Part shown: positions 30,926 to 40,319 of the stretch, in pieces
Position numbering within the stretch: position 1 is the stretch's first letter
Layout: every line of letters starts with the position of its first letter
Source of the DNA: Halodesulfurarchaeum sp.
GTDB taxonomy: Archaea > Halobacteriota > Halobacteria > Halobacteriales > Halobacteriaceae
NCBI GenBank assembly: GCA_034520565.1
Contig: JAXHNL010000002.1
Location: forward strand, 1,568,001 to 1,632,000
Direction of reading: 5' to 3'
Length of the DNA: 64,000 nucleotides
Position numbers and translations under genes: made by a program
Notes under the pieces: generated by a model
Told to the model about the DNA's origin: nothing
Databases searched by the model: none
The model's input: the letters and a program-made list of their open reading frames with translations, nothing else

Positions 30926-31210
30926 TTGCAGCGACCGAGTTTTACGAGGGAGCGAAACGCGTACGAAGGGATTTGAAGTAGAGAAGTGCGAGCGAAGCGA
31001 GCTCTTCGCGTGGTTCAAATCCCTGTCGGAGCATGCGAGACACGAGCGAAGTGAGTGTCTCGATTTTGCGAGCGGTGAAACCGCGAGCATTGCAGCGACC
31101 GAGTTTTACGAGGGAGCGAAACGCGCACGAAGGGATTGAACCCTATCAGTCGCGCGCAGCGAACGGAGTGAGTGAGCACGTCTGATTTCGGTTCAAATCC
31201 CGTCGGAGCA
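30921..31210 (+). repeat. tRNA-linked repeat array: two extra tRNA 3'-end copies, ~57-bp direct repeat, multiple hairpins
   Basis: GGTTCAAATCCC(T)GTCGGAGCA at 31012-31033 and 31190-31210; direct repeat 30921-30977 vs 31085-31140 (one substitution, one indel). Confidence 0.9.
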
Positions 31211-31298
31211 TTCCTTATTTCGCTCATTCGGAAGCGGTTCCCGCCACCGGAATCGACTCGAAAACAGTCCCGTAGGCAAAAACGTCAGTTTTCTTAAC

Positions 31299-32462
31299 TC
31301 AGTGCCAGCGTAATAGGATCGGGAGCGTGAGGAGTGCAATCGCAATCTCCGCACCGGCTGCGGTCAGAAACGCGGCGAAAAAACTGACGTTCGAGGCGAC
31401 AGTCCCACCGACGAGAATTCCTGCGAGAAAACCTGCACTCCCGAACACGTTGAACCCGGCCATAGCGGTTCCCCGCTCGGTTGCTGGCGCGATGTCGGTA
31501 ACCAGTGCCATCGTCGCCGGCGACATGAGGGCACCGAGAACGCCCGAGACGGCCATCATGACACCCGCGAGTTTCGGAGTGGGTGACAGTCCCACCCCCA
31601 AAACCCCGAAGCCGTAAAGGACCGATCCGGCGACGACGGGCCCCGTCCGACCGATTCGATCCGACAGGATTCCGAAGGGATACTGGAGGAGGGCAAACGG
31701 AACGAAAAACAGTGCGAGAAAGATGCCGGTCGCCCCCGGACTGAGTCCGAAAACGGTTCGAAAATACAGGGTCCCGACGAGGGCGAAAAATCCGGCGGTG
31801 AACCGATCGATAAACCCGTAGGCATAGGGAACGCTCAATCTCCGCTCGTTGCGGATCGTTTCGATGACTTTTCCGATGGTTTCCCGTCCCGTCGGTGTCG
31901 TCCGATCCGAAAGCCCCACCGAGAGCACCCCCACCCCGAGAAGCAGGCCACTTGCACCGTACAACGGGACGAAGGGGCCGATCTCGTAGAGTTGTCCACC
32001 GAGGGGAGACCCCAATGACATGCCCAATCCGATAGCAATTCCGGCCGCCCCCATATTGCGCCCGTGACCCCCCTCGAGATCCATCAACATCGTCATTGCG
32101 AGGGAAAACGCACCGATGGTCAGAGCCCCCTGGAGAATCCGGAGCCCAAGGACGCCGAGAAAGGAAAGTGAGGTGGATTGGGCGACCATCGCCATGAGAA
32201 GATAGGCCATTGCACCGCCGACTGCGCCGGCAACGATAAAGGGCCGCCGGCGCCCGGCGGCATCGCTCATCGCCCCCCAGACCCCGGCAAAGGCGATGAA
32301 CGCCGCGAATTCTGCGGCCAGGAACCACATGCTGGCGTCGAGTGCTGACGGGACTCCAATTGCCGTGACGAGTGTGTCGATTCCCGGGTAGAGCAGTGCC
32401 TGAGCGAGCAGCACGGAAAACACGACAAACGCAAGTACGATCCGTGCTCGTCGGGACCTCAT
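31299..32462 (-). CDS. MFS transporter
   Basis: GAMSDAAGRRR and GILSDRIGR motif A copies; 12 TM. Confidence 0.92.
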   Translation of the reverse strand: MRSRRARIVLAFVVFSVLLAQALLYPGIDTLVTAIGVPSALDASMWFLAAEFAAFIAFAGVWGAMSDAAGRRRPFIVAGAVGGAMAYLLMAMVAQSTSLSFLGVLGLRILQGALTIGAFSLAMTMLMDLEGGHGRNMGAAGIAIGLGMSLGSPLGGQLYEIGPFVPLYGASGLLLGVGVLSVGLSDRTTPTGRETIGKVIETIRNERRLSVPYAYGFIDRFTAGFFALVGTLYFRTVFGLSPGATGIFLALFFVPFALLQYPFGILSDRIGRTGPVVAGSVLYGFGVLGVGLSPTPKLAGVMMAVSGVLGALMSPATMALVTDIAPATERGTAMAGFNVFGSAGFLAGILVGGTVASNVSFFAAFLTAAGAEIAIALLTLPILLRWH

Positions 32463-32650
32463 CGGAATTGGTTCCATTTCGTGGGACGGAGGTAAACCCT
32501 GTTCGGAAAACAATCCGCTCGGCCGGTACTGTACGGGTGCCTCAGAGGACGACTGGGATATCGTCCTGGATGCGCCGTCCCATCATCGCACGGGTACCGT
32601 CGGATAGCAAAGCCATCTCCCGGAGTTCGTTTCTCCCAGTAGCGGAATCC

Positions 32651-33088
32651 TCATCTGGCGATAAGTACCGGTCGATCGCTCCGATGGATGACTTGCTGGC
32701 TGACACTGCCGAAGACCACCTTCCCGATCGGCGTTCGTTCCCTGATCCCCACGAGGATCGTGTCGGCATCGATTTCGCGTGCCGTCGAAAGGATTCCATC
32801 GACCGGTTCGTCGACGAGTTCGTGAAGGAAAGGATCGATATCCATCGCTTCCAGCGCCTCGATAACCCATTCGACACTTTCCGGACGGTTTCGGAGCTCG
32901 TCGAGAGACTCGTTGAGGTCTTCGATCGGAGCAGAACCTGCCTCGTCTGCGGGTGTGGTGATTTCTTCGTAGACGTGCAGGACGTGGACTTCGATGGGTT
33001 CGGCAGGTTCCGGAAGTGATTCGAGTGTCTCGATTTGCTTTCTGGCCCGTTCTTCGTCGGTGTCGACGGGGATTAATACCCGGTACAT
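32651..33088 (-). CDS. Universal stress protein
   Basis: MYRVLIPVD...GKVVFGSVSQQVIHRSDRPVLI. Confidence 0.9.
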   Translation of the reverse strand: MYRVLIPVDTDEERARKQIETLESLPEPAEPIEVHVLHVYEEITTPADEAGSAPIEDLNESLDELRNRPESVEWVIEALEAMDIDPFLHELVDEPVDGILSTAREIDADTILVGIRERTPIGKVVFGSVSQQVIHRSDRPVLIAR

Positions 33089-33202
33089 GTAAGCAATTGA
33101 CACGGCAGAGACCTTAACTTTTGTAGACACTCACGTTTCCGTGGCGATTTTGTCCGAACGGCCGCCAGTCGAGATTTCTTCCCGACGACGGAGATTCCCT
33201 CC

Positions 33203-35269
33203 TTATCGCCGACTCGATTCCGTCTGCCCGGGGAGGATCACTTGTGTGTACTTCTGGAGGTAATGCAAGGCGAACAGAACGGCGATGATCGCCAGCGCAC
33301 CGAACTGGATCGTTCGATCGGGGAAGACCATCGCCACCGTCCCGACCGCAAAGAACCCGGCCCGCGTTCCGTAGGTCAAGACCCGACCGTACGGGAACCG
33401 ATAATTGATGCCGTGGATCATTGCGATCGCCCCGACCAATGCCGCACCGCCGGCAATCAGGGTGGGACTCGACAGGTTCCCATGGAGGATTTCCGGATGG
33501 TAGACGAAGGTAAACGGCAACACGAACAGCGGAAGCGAGATTTTGATGGCCTCGTAGGCCGTTCCCCAGAAGTCTCCTCCTGCAATGCCTGCCGCAACGG
33601 CGACGGTTGTCGCAATGGGTGGGGTCAGACCAGCCAGAATCGCCGCGTAAAACACGAAGAAGTGAGCGGCGAGGTCCGGGACGAAGAACTGGCTGATCAA
33701 CGACGGGGCGATCAACAGCGCGACGACCGTGTAGGCGGCAGTTGTCGGCATTCCAAGGCCCATGAGAATGCTGATCACCATGGCGAGAATCACGGCAATT
33801 AGCATCACGCCACCGGAGAGATCCATGAGCGCAAGCGAAATGGCCGTCGGAACGGCCGTCGCCATCAGGATGTCCACGACCCCGTTGATGGCAGCAAGAA
33901 TGATCGCAACCGGAGCAAGCACGATGATGCCCTCTCTGAATCCGTTGACGGTCTGGACGGCCACGATTCGGAGCGTCCGTGGAACGCTTCGATCGTCGAT
34001 GGTCAGAGACCGAAGGACCGGGACGAGCACGCCCATCGCGATCATGCTCACGGCCGTGTAGAGGGCAGACGTCATCACCGTGTACTGAACGATACCGAGG
34101 TAGTAGATCAGGACGAACAGCGGAATCCCGTATTTCACGCTTTCAAAGGCGATGGAAGCGTTGCGCATCGTATCGTCGAGGTGCTCACTGGGGTCAGTCG
34201 ACCCGATTTGCGGGGCCGCGACGTAATGGACGGCGAGGAATATCGAAATCACCAGAATCGCTGCTGGGATTAACCCAGCGATGATCACGTCGACGTACGT
34301 TATGCCCGTGATCAGCGAGGCCATAATGAACGCCCCGGCGCCCATGACCGGCGGAAGCACCTGTCCAGACGTCGACGCGACGGACTCGATTGCTCCCGCA
34401 CTTTCCGGCCTGACTCCAGCGTCTTTCATCAGGGGAATCGTAAAGGATCCCGTCATCCCTGCGTTTGCGGTCTGACTCCCGTTTATCGACCCAATGATCG
34501 CACTGGCGATGACCGCAGTCTGGGCGATTCCCGAATCGATGTACTTCGCCGACCGAACGGCAATCCTGAAAATGAGATCGAAGGCCCCGTAGGTTTTCAA
34601 CAGACCTGCAAAGAGCAGGAACAGCGCGATCCACGCGGCGACGAGCTGGTTCAGGAAGCCGAAGAACCCGTCGATGCTGATGACCAAGATCCGAAGGGTC
34701 CGCGTCGCAGAGAGCCCTCCATGCGAAAGAACCCCTGGCATCCAAGGCCCGACGAGGCCGTACCCGATTCCGATGAGGACGACTGCGAGGAACGTAATCC
34801 CGAACGAACGCCACGTGAGATAGATAATCGCGAGCGTGAACGCGGCCGCCATCCAGTACTCGTGAGGGAGCGCGCGGCCGAGGCTGGTCACGTACAGCCG
34901 ATGGAAGTTGAGGAAGAGATATCCTGCAGTGATGGCAGAGATGAGTGCCGAACCGGTAAGTGCAATCACGTCAGCATAATTCCTGTCGTCGATCGAATCC
35001 GGAAGTTCCGAAAGAATGTACAACAGGAGCGTGCCCCCGAGAAAGAGAACCCCGTATTTCGCACGGGGCCAGAACTGCGTCGAGGCGTAGTAGATGATCA
35101 TCCCCCAGAACGGCACTGCGCCATACGTGACGAGCAACTCGAGGACTTTCCGGTATCCCGACTCCTCGTGACCGATCGGCCACAGGGAATCAGTCGCCGC
35201 CGGACCGGGGCTCGGTTCAGTTTCAGCAGTCTTCGCCAGCGGATTTTTTTCCGTGTCCGTCGAGTCCAT
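33203..35269 (-). CDS. TRAP transporter fused permease (TAXI type)
   Basis: ASTSGQVLPPVMGAGAFIMA, MGLGMPTTAAY, LTPP. Confidence 0.92.
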   Translation of the reverse strand: MDSTDTEKNPLAKTAETEPSPGPAATDSLWPIGHEESGYRKVLELLVTYGAVPFWGMIIYYASTQFWPRAKYGVLFLGGTLLLYILSELPDSIDDRNYADVIALTGSALISAITAGYLFLNFHRLYVTSLGRALPHEYWMAAAFTLAIIYLTWRSFGITFLAVVLIGIGYGLVGPWMPGVLSHGGLSATRTLRILVISIDGFFGFLNQLVAAWIALFLLFAGLLKTYGAFDLIFRIAVRSAKYIDSGIAQTAVIASAIIGSINGSQTANAGMTGSFTIPLMKDAGVRPESAGAIESVASTSGQVLPPVMGAGAFIMASLITGITYVDVIIAGLIPAAILVISIFLAVHYVAAPQIGSTDPSEHLDDTMRNASIAFESVKYGIPLFVLIYYLGIVQYTVMTSALYTAVSMIAMGVLVPVLRSLTIDDRSVPRTLRIVAVQTVNGFREGIIVLAPVAIILAAINGVVDILMATAVPTAISLALMDLSGGVMLIAVILAMVISILMGLGMPTTAAYTVVALLIAPSLISQFFVPDLAAHFFVFYAAILAGLTPPIATTVAVAAGIAGGDFWGTAYEAIKISLPLFVLPFTFVYHPEILHGNLSSPTLIAGGAALVGAIAMIHGINYRFPYGRVLTYGTRAGFFAVGTVAMVFPDRTIQFGALAIIAVLFALHYLQKYTQVILPGQTESSRR

Positions 35270-35330
35270 GTATATTCAGGGGTAGCAGGTGGGCTTTTGT
35301 TACGGGGAATTGAAGGTGGGGTGTAGGCCG

Positions 35331-36395
35331 TTATCCGCTCGTCCAGTTGTCCTCCCAGATATCGTTCTCTTGGAAGAATTCGGCGATACCTGGATGGATT
35401 TCGAGTTCGGGGATAACCGTCGTCGTCATAACCGCTGGGTCGTCGTAATTCAAGGTCGTCGGGTCCGACTCTCTGATCGTATCGTGATGTTCGTGAGCGA
35501 TTCGGGCGATTTCCTTCGTGGCCTCGGCTGCGATGTCCGGGCTGAATGCCCATTGAGCCGCGAGTGACCACGACGTCACCTGGTCGGTTATTTTACTGAC
35601 ATCCTGCTCGTACCCGTACACCTCGAATTCCTCCATGATGGCTCCCGGAACGTTCTGGATCGCCTGCTTGAAGTTGTCGTCGACTTCGAGTAGGTAGAGG
35701 TCTCCACCGCTTCGGACGTCCACCTCCTGAACCCATCCAGACAACTGGACGCCGTTTCCTCCGTAGACACACAGGGCATCGACCCGTCCTTCTTCGACTG
35801 CTCCTGGGATGTCACCCGTGTCCACGTTGAGGATTTCGTTTTGGTCCCACAGTCCCGCTTCTTTGATCACTTCCTCGGTCAACAGCCTGGTCCCGAATCC
35901 CGGTTGGATCGGATAGATCGTGTATCCGCCTTCAGCGAGGTCGGCAGTCGACTCGAGTCCAGATCCCTCGAGGGCGACCCAGTGAATCTGGAGCGAGGTA
36001 AACATGAACCCTTGCTGCGGCAGGGCATCTACGGGATTATCGGCGAATGGGCCATCTTCGGCCAACGCCTTCGAAAGCGAATTGTTGTCCACACCCATCG
36101 CCGGGATGTTGTCGTCGTCGTATTCGTAGAGATTCGCCGTCCAGCCGTCGGTCACCTGCGGTGAGATGCTGACAATATCGCTATGCTGGTTTGCGGCCCG
36201 TGCGAGTGCTTGGGCTGCGGCTTGGGTCGAACTGTTCTGTGAGGTCGCGCCGATAGTCACCGTGTAACTCTCGGGTTCTTCTTCGTCGCCGTCACCAGTA
36301 TCGTCGCCGCCACCTGCACAGCCTGCGGAACTGATGAGACCGATGGTAGCAGCGCCTTTCAGTACGTCACGTCGATTCACGTTATCCATTGACAT
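35331..36395 (-). CDS. TAXI-family TRAP solute-binding Tat lipoprotein
   Basis: NRRDVLK twin-Arg, SAGC lipobox, IHPGIAEFF; upstream of the permease. Confidence 0.88.
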   Translation of the reverse strand: MSMDNVNRRDVLKGAATIGLISSAGCAGGGDDTGDGDEEEPESYTVTIGATSQNSSTQAAAQALARAANQHSDIVSISPQVTDGWTANLYEYDDDNIPAMGVDNNSLSKALAEDGPFADNPVDALPQQGFMFTSLQIHWVALEGSGLESTADLAEGGYTIYPIQPGFGTRLLTEEVIKEAGLWDQNEILNVDTGDIPGAVEEGRVDALCVYGGNGVQLSGWVQEVDVRSGGDLYLLEVDDNFKQAIQNVPGAIMEEFEVYGYEQDVSKITDQVTSWSLAAQWAFSPDIAAEATKEIARIAHEHHDTIRESDPTTLNYDDPAVMTTTVIPELEIHPGIAEFFQENDIWEDNWTSG

Positions 36396-36685
36396 ACGAA
36401 GAGACGATATTAGCCGACATAGATAAATATTGGGGCCACCTTATAAAGTGGGTTCGGCAAACGTTTGCTTTTCACCGGAGCCGGCCCCCCGATATGTCGA
36501 CGATCGTGCAAAAGCCGCAACGTAAACCGAAACAATCCGGTTTTACGTCCGTCGAAAAACTCGGTCCGATCGGTTGGTATTGCACGTTTCAATAAATATT
36601 GTTTACCAAATGCTTCGCTACGTAGGTTTGTTCCAAAAGAATCGAGTTCAAGTCCGAAGTCCGAAGACGACGGAGAAAACTCGCC

Positions 36686-36880
36686 TTAGTTACGGACGAC
36701 GTTCGTCGCGCGCGGGCCTTTGGGGGCCTGTTCGATGTCGAAGTCGACATCCTGTCCTTCTTCGAGGTCCGGGCCGCCAACGTCCTCCATGTGGAAGAAA
36801 ACGTCCTCGTCCGCGTCCTCAGTCGTAATGAATCCGTAGCCGCCAGTGTCGTTGAAGAAATCAACCTTACCGTTTGCCAT
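36686..36880 (-). CDS. Cold-shock protein
   Basis: MANGKVDFFNDTGGYGFI...DVFFHMEDV...KGPRATNV. Confidence 0.96.
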   Translation of the reverse strand: MANGKVDFFNDTGGYGFITTEDADEDVFFHMEDVGGPDLEEGQDVDFDIEQAPKGPRATNVVRN

Positions 36881-37282
36881 TGCAATTACAGGTAGTGCCG
36901 ACCCCCGGATAACCCTTCCGAGGGTCGTGGTACCACGAAGGGTCGCGAACCTGGCGGTCTGGACCGCTCCAATTGTGGTCGCGCAGTTCGAGTCGTTGTC
37001 AAAAATTTCCGCAGTTGTCGAAAATACTGAGCTATTCGACTGGGGAAGTGGGCGAGGGTACATTGATCGATCGGCGCTGCTCGGTTCAATCGGTACCCTT
37101 GTTACCCACCAGAGCCAATCGGGGGTAATGACTGTCGTCTCGCGGTCCAACGATTCAGACCGCGCACACAAACGCCCGTATCGGCGTCGAGAGGACTTCT
37201 CTCGTTACACGACGAATTGCTCCGGAGACAGCATGGGATTTTCCGCCGTGGATATGCAAAACCGATTCCGCAGCGTGAGAAA

Positions 37283-37723
37283 ATGACCCGCGTCGTCGCC
37301 CAGGGAACGTTCGACCTGATTCATCCGGGTCACCTTCACTATCTATCGGAGGCCGCATCGCTCGGATCCGAGCTTCACGTCATCGTCGCAAGGCGGGAAA
37401 ACGTCACGCACAAGGAGCCCCCTGTGCTCCCGAATCGACAACGGCGAGACGTCATCCAGGCGCTCGATATGGTCGACGGGGCCCACGTCGGACACGAATC
37501 CGACATTTTCGTTCCAATCGAACGATTAGATCCTGACGTTATTGCGCTCGGGTACGACCAGCACCACGACGTCGAGTCGATCGCCCGGGATCTCGAAGAC
37601 CGCGGAATCGACTGCCGCGTCGAGCGGGTTTCGGGCCGGGAAGCGGCATACGAGGGTGAGATTCTCTCTACCGGCGACATCATTGATCGAATCATCGAGC
37701 GTCGTGGACCGACGGCCGAGTGA
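37283..37723 (+). CDS. ribL: Archaeal FAD synthase (cytidylyltransferase family)
   Basis: [22 protein letters not shown]. Confidence 0.85.
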   Translation: MTRVVAQGTFDLIHPGHLHYLSEAASLGSELHVIVARRENVTHKEPPVLPNRQRRDVIQALDMVDGAHVGHESDIFVPIERLDPDVIALGYDQHHDVESIARDLEDRGIDCRVERVSGREAAYEGEILSTGDIIDRIIERRGPTAE

Positions 37724-37780
37724 GTCCCACGATGGAACGGCCCAGGGAAGGGATTTAGGACTGGCTCCCTTTGAGAAAAT

Positions 37781-38578
37781 GTGAGCGTCCGCCAACTCGT
37801 CAGAGGAACCGTTCCCTGGAGCACACTCGAAGTGGTCGGGCAGGAACTCGCTCAGCGATACGACCGCGACGTCGTCCGGATCGAGTTTTTGGAGGCGGAA
37901 AACTGGCTGTCGACACCGATCGTTGTGGACGAAAAATGGTTCGTCAAGGTCATTTCTCAGCGGAACGCGTTCGTTCACGCAGTCTTTACCGGAGCCCGAA
38001 ACCTCGGTGCGTTTTCGAGTGGCACGCCGGGATTCTTCGAGCACTTCGAGAACCCGGGCGAGATGGCCGAGCACGATCTGGAGGCAACTCGAAAAATCAG
38101 GGAGGTGGGCGTGAACGCACCGGAACCGATCGAAGCGTTCGACATCGATTCGGTCGGTGTTGTTGTGTTCGACTACCTCGAGGGGTTTCGCACGCTCGAA
38201 GCCTGCAACCCTGACGAAATCCGTGGGTTACTCCCCGACCTGTTCGACTCGCTCGCGAGAATGCACCGAAACGGCCTGGCACATGGCGATCTCCGGGGGG
38301 AAAACGTTCTCGTCCAGAACGACGAGATCTTTTTCATCGACGCCACAGCCGTGCGGCCCGGAACGATTCCCCCGGCGAGGGCCTACGATATCGCCTGTGC
38401 GCTCGGGACCCTCGAACCACACGTCGATGCTTCTGATGCCGTGGCTGCCGCCGTCGAACAATACGGGATCGACGCCGTTCTCGATGCCGTCGATTTCCTC
38501 GATTTCGTAAATATCAGACCGGATCACGATTTCGACGCAGCCGCTGTCAAAGGTGAAATCAACACGATTGCGTCCTAA
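37781..38578 (+). CDS. RIO1/Kdo-like protein kinase family protein
   Basis: FVK, AHGDLRGENVL, FFIDAT; GTG start. Confidence 0.8.
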   Translation: MSVRQLVRGTVPWSTLEVVGQELAQRYDRDVVRIEFLEAENWLSTPIVVDEKWFVKVISQRNAFVHAVFTGARNLGAFSSGTPGFFEHFENPGEMAEHDLEATRKIREVGVNAPEPIEAFDIDSVGVVVFDYLEGFRTLEACNPDEIRGLLPDLFDSLARMHRNGLAHGDLRGENVLVQNDEIFFIDATAVRPGTIPPARAYDIACALGTLEPHVDASDAVAAAVEQYGIDAVLDAVDFLDFVNIRPDHDFDAAAVKGEINTIAS

Positions 38579-38742
38579 AGCGGAAGGGGGGGGGGTGGAA
38601 AGGGGACGTCGTCCGTTGTGGCCCGGGGAGCGAGACGGGCCGTTCCGGGAGTACCGATCCTCGACGAGAAAAGCGTCGACGACCGGCAGTGAAAAGTGGG
38701 CCGTCCTTACATATAAACTGTTCGAGCCGAATCCGACCTCGC

Positions 38743-39543
38743 CTACGGTCTTCTATCGTCCAGAGTGGGGAACCGTTCGCGAACGGCGTCGACTGTTTCT
38801 GGTTCGACCGCTGTGATCGCCGTTTCCGGGTCACTACCCACAGCACGAACAGTGGTTCCCCAGGGGTCGATGACTCGAGAACGGCCGATCAAACCGGGGC
38901 CACCCGCCGGGCCGGATCCATTCACTCCGACGACGTAGAGCTGGTTTTCGATGGCTCGGGCCCGCGTCAACGTCGTCCAGTGCTCGATTCGGGGATACGG
39001 CCACGCACTCGGAACCAGGATGAGTGTCACACCGCGATCCACGAGTTCGCGATACAGTTCGGGAAAACGGAGATCGTAACAGGTCGTGACTCCGACGGTG
39101 AACCCACCAATCGTCGTCGTTTCGAGGCGTTCTCCAGGTGTCAGGAGTCGTGATTCTTCGGATTGGTACCCGAACAGGTGGTGTTTTCGATAGATGAGTT
39201 GGCGAGTTCCCGAAGAATCGAAGAACACGCTCGTGTTCGATAGTCCGGTTGTGGCTGGAGTGGCTGCCTCCGTCGCCGTGAGGTCTTCGACGATACTGCC
39301 GGCTAAAATCGACACGCGATATTCCTGTGCGAGGTCGCTGATACGGGAAAGAGTCGGACCGTTCAACCCTTCGGCCGCCGTCTCATACGCATCGAAATCG
39401 AAATACCCGACGTTCCAGAGTTCCGGCAGCACGAGCAGGTCCGTCTCGCGAACGGCGGCCTCTCTGATCGCCGTCGTTGCACGCTCGAAGTTTCCGGACC
39501 GGTCCCCTGCTTCGACCCGAATCTGGAGGAGTCCCAGTTTCAT
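38743..39543 (-). CDS. Carbon-nitrogen hydrolase (nitrilase family)
   Basis: LPE, YRKHHLF, CYDLRFPE triad motifs; ARAIENQ. Confidence 0.93.
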   Translation of the reverse strand: MKLGLLQIRVEAGDRSGNFERATTAIREAAVRETDLLVLPELWNVGYFDFDAYETAAEGLNGPTLSRISDLAQEYRVSILAGSIVEDLTATEAATPATTGLSNTSVFFDSSGTRQLIYRKHHLFGYQSEESRLLTPGERLETTTIGGFTVGVTTCYDLRFPELYRELVDRGVTLILVPSAWPYPRIEHWTTLTRARAIENQLYVVGVNGSGPAGGPGLIGRSRVIDPWGTTVRAVGSDPETAITAVEPETVDAVRERFPTLDDRRP

Positions 39544-39962
39544 CGGTTTTCAAGAAACGCAACTAGTTGGTTTTCGAGATTGCCGATTTCGCGGTCGAAC
39601 CGTTTCTCGAAGAAACGCTCCACGCCAGGAAGCCGGCCGGTGACTTCGAACCGGGTATGAACCGACGTTTTTCCCTCGGTTTGGTCGATATGGTGTTCTC
39701 CTGTCACGTCAAAAACGGACGATTCCCCCACAAACCTGACGTATTCAGGTGATCGTCGGTCGAGTGGCCGAGTCCGGACGGTGATGGTGGGCCCGACTCC
39801 CAGTATCGGAAGTTTCAGGTGCCAGAGTGTGGTCTCGTCCTCGGTTTCGAAGCTTTCGACGAGACTGATAGCCCGAGCCCTGTTGGACGGGTCCTCGAGG
39901 AATGCCCAAACCGCCTCGGGAGAAGCGTCGACGAAAAAATCCCGTTCCACTCGGACCGTCAT
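39540..39962 (-). CDS. SRPBCC/CoxG family protein
   Basis: MTVRVERDFFVDASPEAVWAFLEDP. Confidence 0.8.
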   Translation of the reverse strand: MTVRVERDFFVDASPEAVWAFLEDPSNRARAISLVESFETEDETTLWHLKLPILGVGPTITVRTRPLDRRSPEYVRFVGESSVFDVTGEHHIDQTEGKTSVHTRFEVTGRLPGVERFFEKRFDREIGNLENQLVAFLENR

Positions 39963-40039
39963 CCGATGTTTCCCTTCGGAATCACGGCGGTGATTCGATA
40001 CGGTGAATCGACCGGAACCCAGGAGGAGTGCATCGTCTC

Positions 40040-40264
40040 TCAGGCCCGTTCGACCCGCCAGGTCGTCGACCGAGAGCGTCCCCACTTTTCGATAGTGAGA
40101 TCTTCGGCTTTTTCGGCAAGACGGGCCAATCTCACCCCGACCTGTTTCGAGGTGAGCCCGATCGATTCGGCGATGTTTCTCGCTCGAAAGTACTCCTCAC
40201 CCGTGTTGGCACTCTCCCGGAGGTGGGACAAAATCTGTTTTTCGTCCTCCGTGAAGTCAGTCAT
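40040..40264 (-). CDS. Small haloarchaeal wHTH protein
   Basis: YFRARNIAESIGLTSKQVG...IEKWGRSRSTTWRV. Confidence 0.8.
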   Translation of the reverse strand: MTDFTEDEKQILSHLRESANTGEEYFRARNIAESIGLTSKQVGVRLARLAEKAEDLTIEKWGRSRSTTWRVERA

Positions 40265-40319
40265 TGTACTCGGGTACGATCCCCAATCCTATAACCCTTT
40301 CAGACTGAGCGATTGCCGA

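Noticed and set aside
30921-31210. Possible CRISPR mini-array or additional tRNA genes
   Set aside because: The repeats are tRNA 3' fragments with unequal spacing, the intervening sequences are themselves repeated and structured, no cas genes are present, and the copies lack D and anticodon arms.
36996-37026. TTGTCAAAAAT / TTGTCGAAAAT short direct repeat between csp and ribL
   Set aside because: Only two short imperfect copies in an AT-rich spacer; not distinguishable from chance by eye.
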